Positions 26,691 through 39,772 of a DNA stretch of 58,036 nt are shown here, in pieces. The notes below the pieces were generated by a model, which saw only the letters and a program-made list of their open reading frames with translations, searched no databases and was not told the DNA's origin. This DNA comes from Gonapodya sp. JEL0774. Taxonomy: Eukaryota. The first letter of the stretch is position 1, and each line of letters begins with the position of its first letter. The stretch covers positions 1 to 58,036 of the forward strand of contig JADIIX010000140.1 in the NCBI GenBank assembly GCA_027604505.1, read 5' to 3'. Made by a program: the position numbers and the translations under genes.

Positions 26691-29600
26691 ATGTCGGATT
26701 CGGACTCGGATTCGACCTCATTTTTTGACCGCTCGAAGAAGGCAACGTCGAAATCCAAGAATGAAACCAGTTCTTCAACTCTCAAAAACTCTAGCAGCAC
26801 GAACGCGACACGATCTCCCTATCGTCCTCCGAACCATAATATTCATCCTGTTGTGGACTTGACGGGTGAACCCAGTGATCCGGACGAGCCGAAGCCAACT
26901 TCTGTGAAGGTGATGGGGGGATCAGGCAACAGGAAGCTCACGCGAAAGCTGGCGGTTAGTGACTCCGATGATGAAATAGAGATGACTCGCGGCAGGAAAA
27001 TTGGAGTTTCCAAAGTTGGAGATGACGGCAAAGGAAGAGGATCGAAAGGCGAGAGTGACGGGCCCGCTCCTGCGAAGAGACAAAAGTTGACGAATGCGAG
27101 AAGCCTAGAAAAAGATGGCGGCAGTGGCAATGACAGTGATGCATCTTTGATGCCAAGACACCGCCGCCGGTCATCCACGGGCAGCAAGTTTGGGAATCGT
27201 GCAGGGAGTACAACTCCATCCGATGACGACATCAACGAACTTTTGGCCAGCGAGTCGGATTCAAATGTGAGCACCAGCATTCCTAGATCATTATCACGTC
27301 GATCCAGTCCCCTTACTCGAGGACGGAGAGGTGCGCGAGGCTCACGAGGTCGGGGAAGGGGTAAACCCGGGAAAGGACCTCTCAAGTCAGTGTCAGTCGA
27401 TGAGGAACAGGACATAGAATCCGAAGAGGACGGGCTGCGCAGGTGTTACAGGTGCAAGAAGAGAAAACCTAAGCCCGGAACAGCAATAAAGTGGTATTCC
27501 GGAGCGGAGGGACCGAACAGGTGAGTTTTCCAATGGTTCTAGTGTGCAATCATCTTTGGAACGACATAAAAGGGATTGTGCTTTTGGCATCTTATTCCGT
27601 GAATTCATTACCAAAACTTTCTCATTTCATTGCTGTTGAACATACTCACGGACCTACTTGATTCCATACTCTCTAGCATATGTGCCGACTGCCATAAGCG
27701 GAAGCCTGGCACGAAGTCTATCAACGGGACTCAGAAGAGCGATAACCGCTCTTCCTCGCCGATCGGGACGGATGTATCCGTTGAGTGGACTCCGGAACCA
27801 GCCTTACCCTTGAACCAACCTCCTGCCCCGGCGCCAGCGCCACGACAAGATAGTTCAGTGCCTGCTCAGAATCGCTCATCGAAAGACCCCACAGAAGTTC
27901 GATCATCGTTTCCGGCGGCCTTGCCAGTTCCATCTAACCCACCATCCGCAGCATCGCCCCCCGCCTCTCTTGGGAACCGTTTGAAGGATCTTCCTTCCAT
28001 CAAAAAACGCAGAGTCGACGTGTCATTATCGTCAATTTTTTCCCCACCTCCAACTGGACATTCGGATCCTCGGAACAATCCAATGTCAGATCACCCCAAC
28101 TCACTTCGAAATCCTCGCGGCTCTCCATCATCTCCTCGCCGTCCTCGAAGATCGGCTTCTGTGCATGCTGGCACCCGCCAATCCACATCGAATGTCACAT
28201 CAGTGGAAGCAGAACGTGATGTTAGAGATTCTCCTTCGCGAATCCGTGTTACGGAGAGAAGGAGGGGCTCTGTTGAATTGACGGCATCTGCTACTGATGG
28301 CGGTGATGGGTACGGGGGCGGTCGGACACGAAGTCGATCTGTGGGCGCTGGAGCAAGGAGTCGCTCCGTGGATCCGGGGCCAAGAGCACGAAGGGGTGGA
28401 TACAGTGGCGGAAGGAGAAGCAGCTCACCACCAAATGCAAGAGATGATTTTCAGTGAGTATGGCCTCAAACCACGCGAAGAGAAAACAAAACACTCTGAA
28501 AGCAGAAATCGTTTTAGTCCGCCCCCGCCTCCTCCTCCAGGCCGAGATTCCACAAACCGCAGCATTTGGCAAGGGCAACTTTTGCTGCAATATACAACAC
28601 AAAACGGAGGACAGGCGGCCCCGCAAGATGCGGCGCCAGGTTGCGAATTCCACATCTTCCCCGCATTTGAGGCGGATGTCGATGCTTTGAAGAGCGTTTT
28701 CACGTAAGATCTTTGCTCCATTACTCCGTTCTCGCATCCCCCTATCCCACACCATTTTTTCTTTTATACAACCTACTCCGTTTCTCCAATAAGGGACCCC
28801 ACTTCGCCTCTGATCTTTCTTCCCCTTACCCTGCCATCCCGTACATTGTTTGCTATACTTGATCGTCTTGAGCCGCCACCTGGTTCTGGTCGACAGCCCC
28901 CGTGGATCCCGTTCTCTCTCAGCCCTACCTTGAGCTCGCCTATACCAGACGAGAGGTCTCTGTATCGTCGGGCTATTGGTGGATTAACTGCAAAGGCTTC
29001 AGCCCTAGTCATCGGGATAGGGAGCAGCAGAACAAACTTAACACAGCCTCCTTACTTCGGTCTGTGCGTCCCGATGCTCAGTGAGGCGGGCGGGAAGATT
29101 GTCTTGCGTGCGAGAATGCGATCGGCACATTCCGAAATTGTGCTGTTGGTTGTTTTGGTGAGGGTTATTGATTTGGAGAATTGTGGCGTGGAGGTCAGCA
29201 CCATTGACCAATTGTGAGTGCGGCATGAGGAGTAGTCGTCCCCGATATGTTATAAGTTGAACGGAGCTTATCCTGCGGTAGGAGTGCTGCCGCCCGTCGA
29301 CAAATGAGTCCAGTAATACCCGATCTCGATATTTCAAAGGTCGAGAATTGGGAGGTGGAGGTCATCATGCGTACGCACCCAATTTGTAAAGAGGTGCGTA
29401 TATCCGGTTTGTCCTGATGCTGAACTCGATTTCATGAATTTGAATCCATGTATTTGACTTCTCGAATGAAGTTTTCTGACCTCATGGCGAAGAGTGTTCG
29501 GTACACCCTGATTTGCGAGGACTCTGAGCCTCGGGACCTGAGTATGTTCAAAAAGATTCTGCGGAGATGTTGCAAAGACAAATGGGAAGAAGTAGTGTTG

Positions 29601-32600
29601 CGCAATCCCTTGCAGCGTGACAAAATGCCGGAAGTAGATGTGGTGATTGTGAGTATGGTACATTGATCTGAGATCACAACAATCACGTAACACTCTCGTG
29701 ATAACTAGATTCATCGTGGCTCACTTCTCGAAGTAGCACCACAATTTGAGGATTCATTGGGTGCATTACTCGCAGCTCGCAAAGTCACGTTTTTCGAGTT
29801 TGGTTATGGCAGTGCCTATGATCTCCACCGCGTGCTCCAACGAAAAGCGAAGTACTTAGATGTGATGTGGCCCACAGGTGAGTTGTCTTTCTATTCGACT
29901 GGCAACCGCGATCAGCTGTTTACCATCGCGATCACAAATCCTGTTGATTCCAGATGGAGGTGGTTTTGTTGGGATCTCATTGAAGGCGCTGGTCGCTTGC
30001 GACGATTTGCTCGCTGTTTTGAATCTGTTACACCGGCTAGCGATGCAGGTGAGAGATCGTACACTGAAAGTATTGGAATGCCCGCCATGTTCCTGTTCAT
30101 CCTGTCGGATTCCGCATGTGTCCCAAGCGCCAATTGGAGAACGAAGACAAACCATGGCGATTCGTCGCTACATCAAATGTGCTTGGGCGGATGAAACTTC
30201 TCGCAAGTGAGCAAGCGGGGAGGGGACATGATCGGAGAAGGTGTGTATCTCGCACAGTCTGCGATGAGGGAGTTCGCGGTGAAGGTTAACCGACTGCTGA
30301 AATAGATACCTCAATGCACTTTCTGTATTTGAAACAGCTGTGCTGGACCCCTCACTTCTCAAGGGAAATGTATTCAGCTTCAGGTCGTTTCTATCCGCTT
30401 ACTTGGAGGACACCGCTTCCTACGATCCATCGCTTCCAGAGAACAATCCATTTAAGTGCCTTGCCTCGGTTGTAAAAAGCGATCCCAGCAAGTTCGTGGA
30501 CGACACATATCAGCAGGTGGAGTTTGCAATGCTGACAAATCGCTCGACTTTGAGGAGATCTGCTGTTATCGTTACGGCGGATGAACAATCACAGCTTTCT
30601 GGTGGATCTATCTCTGAATATGGTACTGAACTTGTAGGTATCCATAATCTTGAGTCATGGGTTCGCAAGGAGGTTGGCGGTGACGGGAAGCTCTACACAT
30701 GGGAAGACGCCAAGCCTGACAAAAAAGACAATGGCGCCCCGCATCTGTTGCCCCAACCAGTGCACAAGCCGCCGCAGCAGCACCCAGTTCCTCCAACCGT
30801 GATGCCAGGGTTTCCACAACAATTCATGGGTGTCACACCTGGTATGGGTATGGGATATCCGCAACCCGCGCCAAACTTCCTACCTGTTGGACACATTCCC
30901 CAAAATTATTATGGATCAACGTATCCGATGGCCCCGGCGGGATCTGGTGTTCCGAGTGCGTTTGGGATGCAGCCGACCATGCCCGGTGTGACTCCTGGCG
31001 GCCCATCTGTCGGTGGACCTCAAGCATTTATGTCAATCAGCGGAGTTCATGGTGGGCCTCCTGGACATATTGCAACTCAGATACTGGGCGCGCCTATGCA
31101 AGGCCAATACTATGGGAACCCAGCGATGGTGAATCCCGGACAGTTTGGCCAATTTGGCCAGAATGGAGTTGTAACTCCAACGGTCGCTCCGCCAACATCC
31201 CAACAACCACAGCTTGTGGCGACAAACTCCGAGATGCCCGTGTACGCAGAGCCACCGACGGCAAGCCTCGCTTCGCAAAGTGCTCCGACGGACCATAGTC
31301 CGACCGCACAACAGTCGTCAACACGACAGGAGGAAGTACCTGCTGATGTAGCGACGATGAACTCAGCGCAATTATCATCTTCATATGGACGAGCGTCGCC
31401 GGGAGTACCTCAAACACAATCGGTGGTTCTTTCGCAACCTGTTACAAACGGTGTGCCCTCAGGACCAGTAACAATTGCCGTGCCCTCCCCCGCTGGACAA
31501 GAATTACCAACCAACACGTCATCGACAAGCGGAATTCAGCGAATATCTGTCGAACCAACGATGGTCGGTGCTCCACAGCCGGCGACCGGCGCTCGACAGC
31601 CTGTGACTAGCACGGTGCAAGGGATCCCAGGAATGCCAGCAATGGCGCACATGCAGTCAATGCCGGGAGTGCAAACTCCACCTTCACTGCAGCCCACTTC
31701 TGGAATGCAGTCAGTTGGTGATCCGCAGTTCTCGCTCGTGACGCAAGCCGTGCCTGTAACCGCCATCCCAGCGTTGCAGGGAATGCCGACAATCCAGTCG
31801 CAACCTGGTGTGCCCATGCCGTACAACATGCAATACATGGCGCATCAAGGTGGCGCTCATCCGATGGCAGGTCCCCAAATGCAACCTTATGTGACGATGC
31901 AGCCGCATGGTTTGGCGGGCTATCAAGTTCCAGGTGGAGCGGCATACTTGGGCCCTAATGGAATGCATGCACAGATGCAGACTCTGCAGGGGATGGCGGG
32001 CGGCTACCAAGGCCCAGGTGGAGCGGCGTACGCGGACCCTATTGCGATGCAGGCGCAGATGCAGGCGCAAACGCAGGTTCCGCATGGGGTGGCGGGCGGC
32101 TACCAAGGTCCAGGTGGAGCGGCGTACGCGGACCCTATTGCGATGCAGGCGCAGATGCAGGCGCAAACGCAGGCTCCGCAAGGTATGGCGGGTGGCTACC
32201 AAGGTCCAGGTGGAGCGGCGTACGCGGACCCTATTGCGATGCAGGCGCAGATGCAGGCTCCGCAAGGGATGGCGGGTGGCTACCAAGGTCCAAGTGGAGC
32301 GGCGTACGCGGACCCTGTTGCGATGCAGGCGCAGATGCAGGCGCAAACGCAGGTTCCGCATGGGGTGGCGGGCGGCTACCAAGGTCCAGGTGGAGCGGCG
32401 CACGCGGACCCTATTGCGATGCAGGCGCAAACGCAGGCTCCGCAAGGGATGGCGGGTGGCTACCAAGGATCAGGTGGACCTGTGTATCAGGACTCTGCCG
32501 CATTGCAAGAGCACGTGCGGCAGTTGCAATTTCAGATCAGCCAAATGCAACAGCTGCAGCCACATTGGGGAGGCATGTATCATCCAACACAAATGGGTAT

Positions 32601-32913
32601 GCCCCAAATAGGTGCTGGTGGGGCTCCAATAAATGGACCAGGTATGGCGCCAATGATGAGTATGTACAACATGGGTCTACCAGGAACATTTGTACACACT
32701 GGTGGACCGGGAGCCTTCATGAGCGGCGCTGGCGGACCGGGACCATTTATGACTGGTGCTCCCCTCCAGGCCAATTTGGCGATGCATGGGCAACAGCCTC
32801 AGATGCCCGCCGCAGCAGCACCAACGCCGGCTGCGAACCCTCCTGCGAATGATCCTATTGGAGATCCTGGGACCGCCGGAACTTCGACACGGGAAAGCGT
32901 CCCACCATCATGA
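26691..32913 (+). CDS. Large nuclear protein: GATA-like C4 finger, SPOC domain, PIN-like region (Chp1/TASOR-like), Q/G/M/P-rich tail
   Basis: Frame-consistent splicing links ORFs 26691, 27630, 28297, 28846, 29448, 29757, 29878 and 30340. Motifs: CYRC-x23-CADC; IWQGQL...GLTAKASALVI...LLVVLVR (SPOC-like); VVIIH...LGALLAARKVTFFEFG, WPTDGGGFV, LRRSAVIV and GTELVGIHNL (Chp1/TASOR C-terminal-like). Confidence 0.7.
31909..32480 (+). repeat. Coding tandem repeat, 84-96 bp units
   Basis: Units start at ~31990, 32086, 32182, 32266, 32362 and 32446 (last partial), plus a degenerate copy at ~31909. They encode G(M/V)AGGYQGPGGAAYADPIAMQAQMQAQTQ(A/V)P(Q/H). Confidence 0.95.
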
Positions 32914-33927
32914 AATATCCACATCTCATTGAAATGATTACCGTTAGAGGCTTTTAGGCATACCATAATTTCATCATTTTATACACTGTCACGCACATAA
33001 TATTGACTTGCACTTAGGTCTCGCTCCGGACTCACGAAAAGGCGGTTAGTACGAGGTGGTGCACCAGCCCATTCATTCGACGAGGGAGTGCGGCAAAATC
33101 AGCCCTTCTCAACCAAGCAGCTTGTTTGTGGTGAGTGACCGGAACAGTCAACGGAGGCCAAAGTGTGGAAAATGAAACAATCGTGGAGCGTGGGGCGGCT
33201 GGACCGAGGAGAAAGGATGAGCAGTCCAACGGAAATGTTCCGCAATGGGAGCTGCGCATTGTCGGTAGAGCGCGGATAGAAGGGCAGATAAACGGAAAGA
33301 AAATTCCTTCCATCTATTTATGGCAACTGCATTGTCTTGTGCGGCAATTCAAGGTGGGAGTTGTGCGTTGTCCGGATTTGCTATGTCGATCTCGTTCTCC
33401 AACTCCACCTCGAAATCAAACCGCTTCGACCCCACCATTTTCCAATATCACTGTTAATGTTTTGAACTTAATCGATAAGGACGAGCTGGTGTGGAACGGT
33501 TGTATCCTCAATTGTGTGTTCTCTCTGCTGTACTCGTATCACAAATGTACGAGCGCAAGCCGTTTGTATGAGATGAGGGTATGCACTGTATGTATTTTCG
33601 CTCTACGCGGTGTACTATTCTGCTCTGGCGTTGTTTTGCTCGTCGCTCTCCATGTAACCTGTTTTGAATATTTTAAGTTTTTTTTCTCGATTCAATCAAG
33701 TCCCTATCGTTGCATTGTCTTCACTTCTCGGGAACTCAGCTTTTGGACTCTGTTGGGAATGTTTTCAGGACCATTCCGTCGCCGCCGCCCCTGTCTCTTG
33801 CTGCGGGTGTGGTGTCTACAGGTTTCTCACGGCAGAGCACGCCACTCACGATTGTTTCGTTCTATTTGCCCCACGTGAAGCGCCACATTAATTATCTGGC
33901 TTACTTTGGCCGCCTACCTACACCAAA

Positions 33928-35440
33928 ATGGCGGAAGAAGGGTCCTACGACTTGTACGGAGACGACGACGATTTCGTGAAGGTTTGCTCTTACTTGGAGT
34001 GTTGTACTGAAAGCTTAACTTTTGCATATTCATCTCTTGCTGTTGCGGCTTCGTTTCCCCAGCGCGAAGGCAGTGACGGGCGAGACCGATCTCGCTCTCC
34101 GAACCGAGTGAGTCGCTCCTCCGTGCCTTTCATCTCCGGACTTTCTGGCCAACTCCCTTTCGTGCTCTGACTCTCTTCCTGTTCCCCGATTTTGTTCTGT
34201 GTAACACCCAGCCTGACCGTTTCGCCGGTCCCAACAACTTCCGCAACGGTGGGCCCCCCTTCCGTCCTGGAATGGGTGGCCCGGGGTACACCGGTCCCGC
34301 ATTCAACCCCATGTTCATGGGCCGAGGTGGACCCATGGGCGGCCCCATGGGTGGTCCGATGGGACCTATGGGTGGCCCCATGGGACCCGGTGGACCGATG
34401 TCGGGCATGCCACCACTCCCACCGGGTGCCATCATGAACCCCGCGATGCTCAGCATGATGAACCCCATGATGATGGCGATGGCGATGGGGGGTGGTGCGG
34501 GGTTACCCGGGAGTGGCACGATGGGTGGTGGCGGTGGAGCTCTTGCGGCAGGAGCGGGAGGATCGATGGGGGGAGGGGGAAGGGGTAGTTCAGGTGGTGG
34601 TTATTACAATCCCGCGAGTCAGCTCAAGAGTGATTCGCCTGGCCCCATGTACAGGGGTTCGTTGAGCCCCGTGGGACCTGGAGGAGTGCGAAGTAAAGGA
34701 TTGTTCGTGGGGGAGTTACAGTGGGTGAGTTGTTGGTGGAAGTACGATGTGGCTGCAGAGCGAGCTGGCTCTTGCTTTTTTTTTTTGTTCGCCTTCTGTC
34801 TTTGTGTTTTTCGCTGCTCAGCTCTTGTAGTTTTTGTTTCTTTTCCCTTTGGACGTTGGAAAAGTGATGGGGAGTCACAGACCATCGGAGCGATTTCTGA
34901 CACCATATTGTTCGTTGCCATGACAGTATACCTCTGACTCGGATATGCACGCCGTGGTTGGTGCGGCGGGGTTGGCCTCCACTTACCTCCCGAAGGAAAC
35001 CACGTTCTTCGAGCTCAAAGCTAACGGGAAGAGTCGAGGAGTCGCTTATTTGGAGTTCACAGATTCTGAGAGCGTGATCAAGATGAAGGAATTCTTGGAT
35101 AAAAAGTGAGTGGCGGACAGTAGGCTTTCTCTTGCCGGTGTCGCTTATCGTTTGTTGTTTGTGACGCGCGCTCAAACTTCTCACCAACCCACCTCAAACA
35201 CCCAGTGAGATCCACGGTCGCGTTCCTGAAGTCAAGTACGTCCCCGGCACGCAACAAGGCAACCCTTTCCGTATCGTTCCCAAAGATCCCAAGGAGATGC
35301 GAGCCGAGGCTCTGGCAAGAGGGGAGAACCCCGACGGGGGCGGTGCCGGAGGCGGTGGGGCAATGAGAAGAGGTGGTGCAGGAGGCCCGGGGGGTGGAAG
35401 GTTCCAACCATATGGTGGGCGGGGCCGAGGGGGGATGTGA
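33928..35440 (+). CDS. CPSF6: Cleavage factor Im large subunit-like RRM protein (CPSF6/CFIm68)
   Basis: N-terminal DLYGDD. RRM LFVGELQW-YTSDSD...FFELKANGKSRGVAYLEF...EIHGR matches the CFIm68 RRM pattern. GPMG-rich and RGG-rich regions. Confidence 0.82.
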
Positions 35441-35827
35441 ATTGGGAGGTGGCACAACGCCTTTCCGTTCTAGCCAAAGAGTATTGGAAAATGTATCGCT
35501 ATTTGTGACTTTGATTACTGAGAAATGCATTTTGCACTGCATTGCGAGTGCTGCTATCGGAGGGGAGGAAGAAAAAACGAAAAGCATGGCAGTGTTGTGT
35601 TTTTGGGCATTTTCTACCAAATGGAGTTCGTCGTCAAACCGCAATGGGTGCAATACCGAATAAAGTTAACCCTGCTGAGTGTCAATATTATTTGTTTGAT
35701 CTTGTTGCGCATTTTGAGGCGTCCACTCCGCGGAGGGCATCCGGAAAGTCGTGTGAGTTGATCCAGCATAAAAACCAACCAAACTCATGTAACCCACCGA
35801 AACGATCATTTTCATAGTTTCAGCAGA

Positions 35828-37560
35828 ATGGATTCATCCGATGCCGTTGAACCCCTTGAGCCTCGCTTTCTTACCATCAAAGAACTCAGTGTACCCCTGG
35901 CAGCAACATTCGCAGCCCTGTTCCTAATCCTGGCCGTCGCCGTGTTCTCTCGGGTGTTTACGATCGCTAAATACCGCCTTGTGAATAATGCGGATCCAAG
36001 GGAGCAGTACACGAGGATTGCAATTGATTTCTTGGGCAGTGAGTACCCCCACATACCTCCTCACATTACACAAAGCACCAAACATCTGTCCCACCGTTCT
36101 CCTCTCTAGCCCGCACTGCCGTCTTCATCATGCATGCAATATTTATTCGGAATCCGACTGTCGCCTTTTTCCGCGTCGTTGGACCGATGACTGCCGCCAG
36201 TATTATCGGGCTGGCCATCCAATGGACCGACCTGGTAAAATTTCACGCATTGAGGGCTGCTTCATGGGGGCTCGTCAAACCAGCTGAAGGGTTGAGCAGG
36301 CCAAAGAGGGTCGGAATGATCAATGTTGTACCATTCAGTGAGTTCCATATCAAACTGTCATTAAATAGCACGTGAAGACACTCCTCGACCATCACGAAAT
36401 ACTTCTCCCTCTCACCTCACCAACCCAGTTCTTCTCATCCTTCTCCTCCCCGTCTCACTCCCCCTCCGCATCGTCTCGGCCGTGCGCCTCGTGTCAGATA
36501 ATCCTTCGACACCGTACTATGCGGGACTGCTGGCCATGCGGTATTTCACGGACGCTATCCTGGTGTTAACGTGTCTGTGGAACGTGTGGATGAGCTGGAA
36601 GGCGTTGAAAGTTACCGAGTCGGTGGTAGCGGATGGTGGTGTGGAGAGTATGGTGAAGGAGGTAGAGAGGGAGAGACGTGCAGAAAGGGAGCGAAGGAAA
36701 GAGGAGAAGAAGGCAAAGGAGGAGAAGGAGGCGAAGAAGCGGTCAGAGGGCAAGGTGGAGGGTGGATGGCGGAAAGTATTTCCTTTCGGTGGAACCTCGA
36801 ATGAGACCACCAGTGCCGAAACCGTGGTGGTCCCGATCCACACCATAAAATCAGCCAATGACAGTCAGGGCAAAGATCTCAATGGCGCGGCTTTGTCTCT
36901 GACTGCAGTGGAGTCCGACGCGGATCCCGCAGCCGAGACCGACGAGGATCTGGATCAGGAGTACCCCGACTTGGACTACGGCAAAGCTCTCAGCGATTTA
37001 CATGATGTGAGTGTTTAAGAGGACTCTCAGAGCCTAATTGTTGCTCCACTAACGCTACCCGACTCTCTGCACCACCCAGGGTGCCCTTTACTATCTTCTT
37101 CCTATCTCCCTCCTTCTGCTCTTCCGAATCGTGGCCGAGATGTGTATCGTACCTGGTGATTCTTTCATCTTTGGCGGGTACACAAAGGTGACGGAGGGCG
37201 TGTGGTATGGACTTGTGATCGTGCCTGGTGAGTTGCAGTAGTGGGGTTATTGAAGCGCGGCAATTCTGCCCTCACCTGTGTCGATTTGGCCCGACAATGC
37301 ATCCTGTTTTCTGGCACATCGACGACTCCTCTTCAATCCCCTCCCACCACCTCCATCACCCGACCCTCCACCACCGCCCCCCAGAACTCCTCGTCGCGGC
37401 TTTACTATGCTACCCTCGAGGGAACGCGTGGATCGCCATTCCGGACACGTTCAGTTCGAGGCGTAAACCCAAGAGTGCGGGCAAAGCCAAGGGGAGCGAC
37501 GAGGAGAGTGCACAAAGGAAAAAGGAAGGTCGGAAGTGGTGGTTTGGGTCGCGGAAGTAA
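35828..37560 (+). CDS. Seven-TM membrane protein (RTA1/GPCR-like topology)
   Basis: About 7 hydrophobic helices over 5 exons, a long charged loop before TM6, and LLLFRIVAE and EGVWYGLVIVPE motifs reminiscent of RTA1-like proteins. Confidence 0.65.
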
Positions 37561-38095
37561 GGGGGAAGGTGTGAAGAAAACCTGGTTCCGTGGGAGGGGT
37601 GGCATTGATGTGATGTCCATTTTGATAGATTATATTGTTGAGATTTCTAGCATACTGTCATTCATTAGATTGGAGTAATATTTGTAACCGAAAATTCAAT
37701 GCTTGATACTATTACCAGTGACATTGAGTACCATCAAAAGACTTAAACGTGCCCGAAGTAGACTTCATTTCCGCCATGCTTGAGATCGTGCTGGTGATTC
37801 CTGCGAATTTGGGATTGTTGGATTGGATGAGCAGAGGGGGGTGGGACTGTATTGCTCAGAATCAAAGAGAAGGACAAGAGTAAAAAAAAAACTCAGATTG
37901 ACATAATACCTAATTCAGTCGTCCAGTTATTACATAAAATTTTGCTCACATTAAGTTCGGGGTTTCTTTTCAAACCACACCGTCATCCTCGGTCGTGAGG
38001 CGTGGACAGAAACAACAGAATCCAAAGCACAACCCAACATCGGCTCATACGGGAGGGCCTGTTGAGAATTTTTTCAGCTTTCAGATACGGCAACC

Positions 38096-39518
38096 ATGTC
38101 GGATCAACGCAAGGACGCCGACCTGATCGAAGCAGTCGAGACTGGCAGTCTGGCTCTTGTCAAAAAGGCTCTCGCGGAAAGCGCAGACCCGAACGCCAGG
38201 AAAAGAATCACGTTGACAGTCACACTCGACAAAAATCGATCCGGACAAACCAAAACCGACACAGTCCTCGCGGAGTCAGTGATCGCAATCGCCGTCATCC
38301 ACGCATCCCCAGAAATCGTCGAAACACTCCTCCAGGCGGGCGCTGATGCGAGTCGTCCAGTCGAATGGAGTCGCACGTGGGCGCCAAGCCAGTACTGGAG
38401 CGGTGGCAACTGGTCCGGTCGCTGGCAGGCCATCAGAACGTTTCGGTCGGCACTTGCCTTGGCATTAACAAATGGAACACTTCTCATGAACAAGAAGGGT
38501 GGTCATGTCCGCATCGACACACCACTCGCAGATAGCGATGCTTTTGTCAGAGTTACTCACCAGCCTCGTCTCGATGTTGTCGCGGTATTGCTGCGGTATG
38601 CCCCAGGTGCAATCGACGCTGACCTCTTCAGCAATGCCAAGGCTCTTGGCGACAACCGTTTCGCAGCTCTCATCGAGAAACGCCTCGAACAAGAATACGA
38701 AACTGCTGTCACCACGGTGGCCACCTCACGTGGAAACGCAGAAGACTTCAAATCGCAGGTCGAAGCGCTCGCGACTCAGGTGGAGCAGCTGACGACGAGG
38801 TTCCTCGCTGACACCGACCGGCTCCAGCAGAGGGTGAAGGACCTCGAAGGCCGCAACGCGGAGCTCGTGCGGCGTGTAGAAAGCACGTCACAACAGACTG
38901 CAAGGATCGACCAGGCGACGGTTCAACTTTCGTCCAAGTTGGACCAGACCAGCGCCCATTTGTCCACGAAAATCGAACAGGCCACATCCCAGTTCGGGCA
39001 ATCGGCCACCCAAACGTCCACCCGTCTTGCCCGCCTCGAGCAGCAGGTGGCGGCCCTCCAGGCCCACCAGCCGTCGAGCCACGCCCACACGCCTCCGATC
39101 GACGTAAAGCGGCTGATGCACGTGGTGGCCAATTTCGTTCCATATGATACGGATGAGATCGCACTCAGTGTAGGGCAGATGGTGTTTTGTAACTTGGAGT
39201 ACCACGACGGCTGGGGGTCGGTGAGTTGGCAACGTTGATGAAAGCCGTACCTCCTTCCGTCTGTGCATTATTCACATATGAATCATTCTCTTTGCTCCCC
39301 GATCGCGCTAGGGTCTCAACACGTCCACGGGGCTGTCGGGCCACTTCCCCATGGTGTGCATTTCCGACTCCACAACGACGATCCAATCTCCCGTTTCCAT
39401 CAGCGCACGAACATCGTCAATCATCCCATCTATGAGGATGGCGCCGCCCCCCCCATCGGTGGCGAGGGACGTGCCCAGCACCAGGGTGTTTGGTGACGTC
39501 AGGGGACCCGGCGCATGA
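38096..39518 (+). CDS. Ankyrin repeat, coiled-coil and SH3 protein
   Basis: Ankyrin-like LIEAVETGSLALVKKAL..SADPN and EIVETLLQAGAD, heptad coiled coil, and SH3 VVANFVPYDTDEIAL...DGWGS-GLN...GHFPMVCI split by one intron. Confidence 0.88.
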
Positions 39519-39772
39519 CTCTTTAATCTCTTCGCTCGTCTTGTTTTTAAGCCTGCTTTTCGATTCGATTCAGTCAAATTGGTGGACCATACTAATATCA
39601 TAATATACTAGCACTGAATAATTTTTTCCCCCACACTTGTTGGACAATAAATGTGACACAATACCTGTGCACTGATTACTTCTTCCCGTCTTCGCTTTCA
39701 TTGACACATACATCAGCACGCCCCGGTCCCGCCATATCACCAGACACGGACACATAGACACTTTATACGAGC

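Noticed and set aside
31711..32611. Arg-rich alternative-frame ORFs over the tandem repeat, and a CRISPR-like appearance
   Set aside because: These are shadow frames of the coding repeat. There are no unique spacers or cas genes, and the context is eukaryotic.
33135..33878. 247-aa ORF upstream of CPSF6
   Set aside because: Non-ATG start, no recognisable domain and intergenic-like composition.
32913..33928. Functional linkage between the SPOC/PIN-like gene and neighbouring CPSF6
   Set aside because: Both relate to RNA processing, but adjacency alone in a gene-dense eukaryotic genome is not evidence without synteny data.
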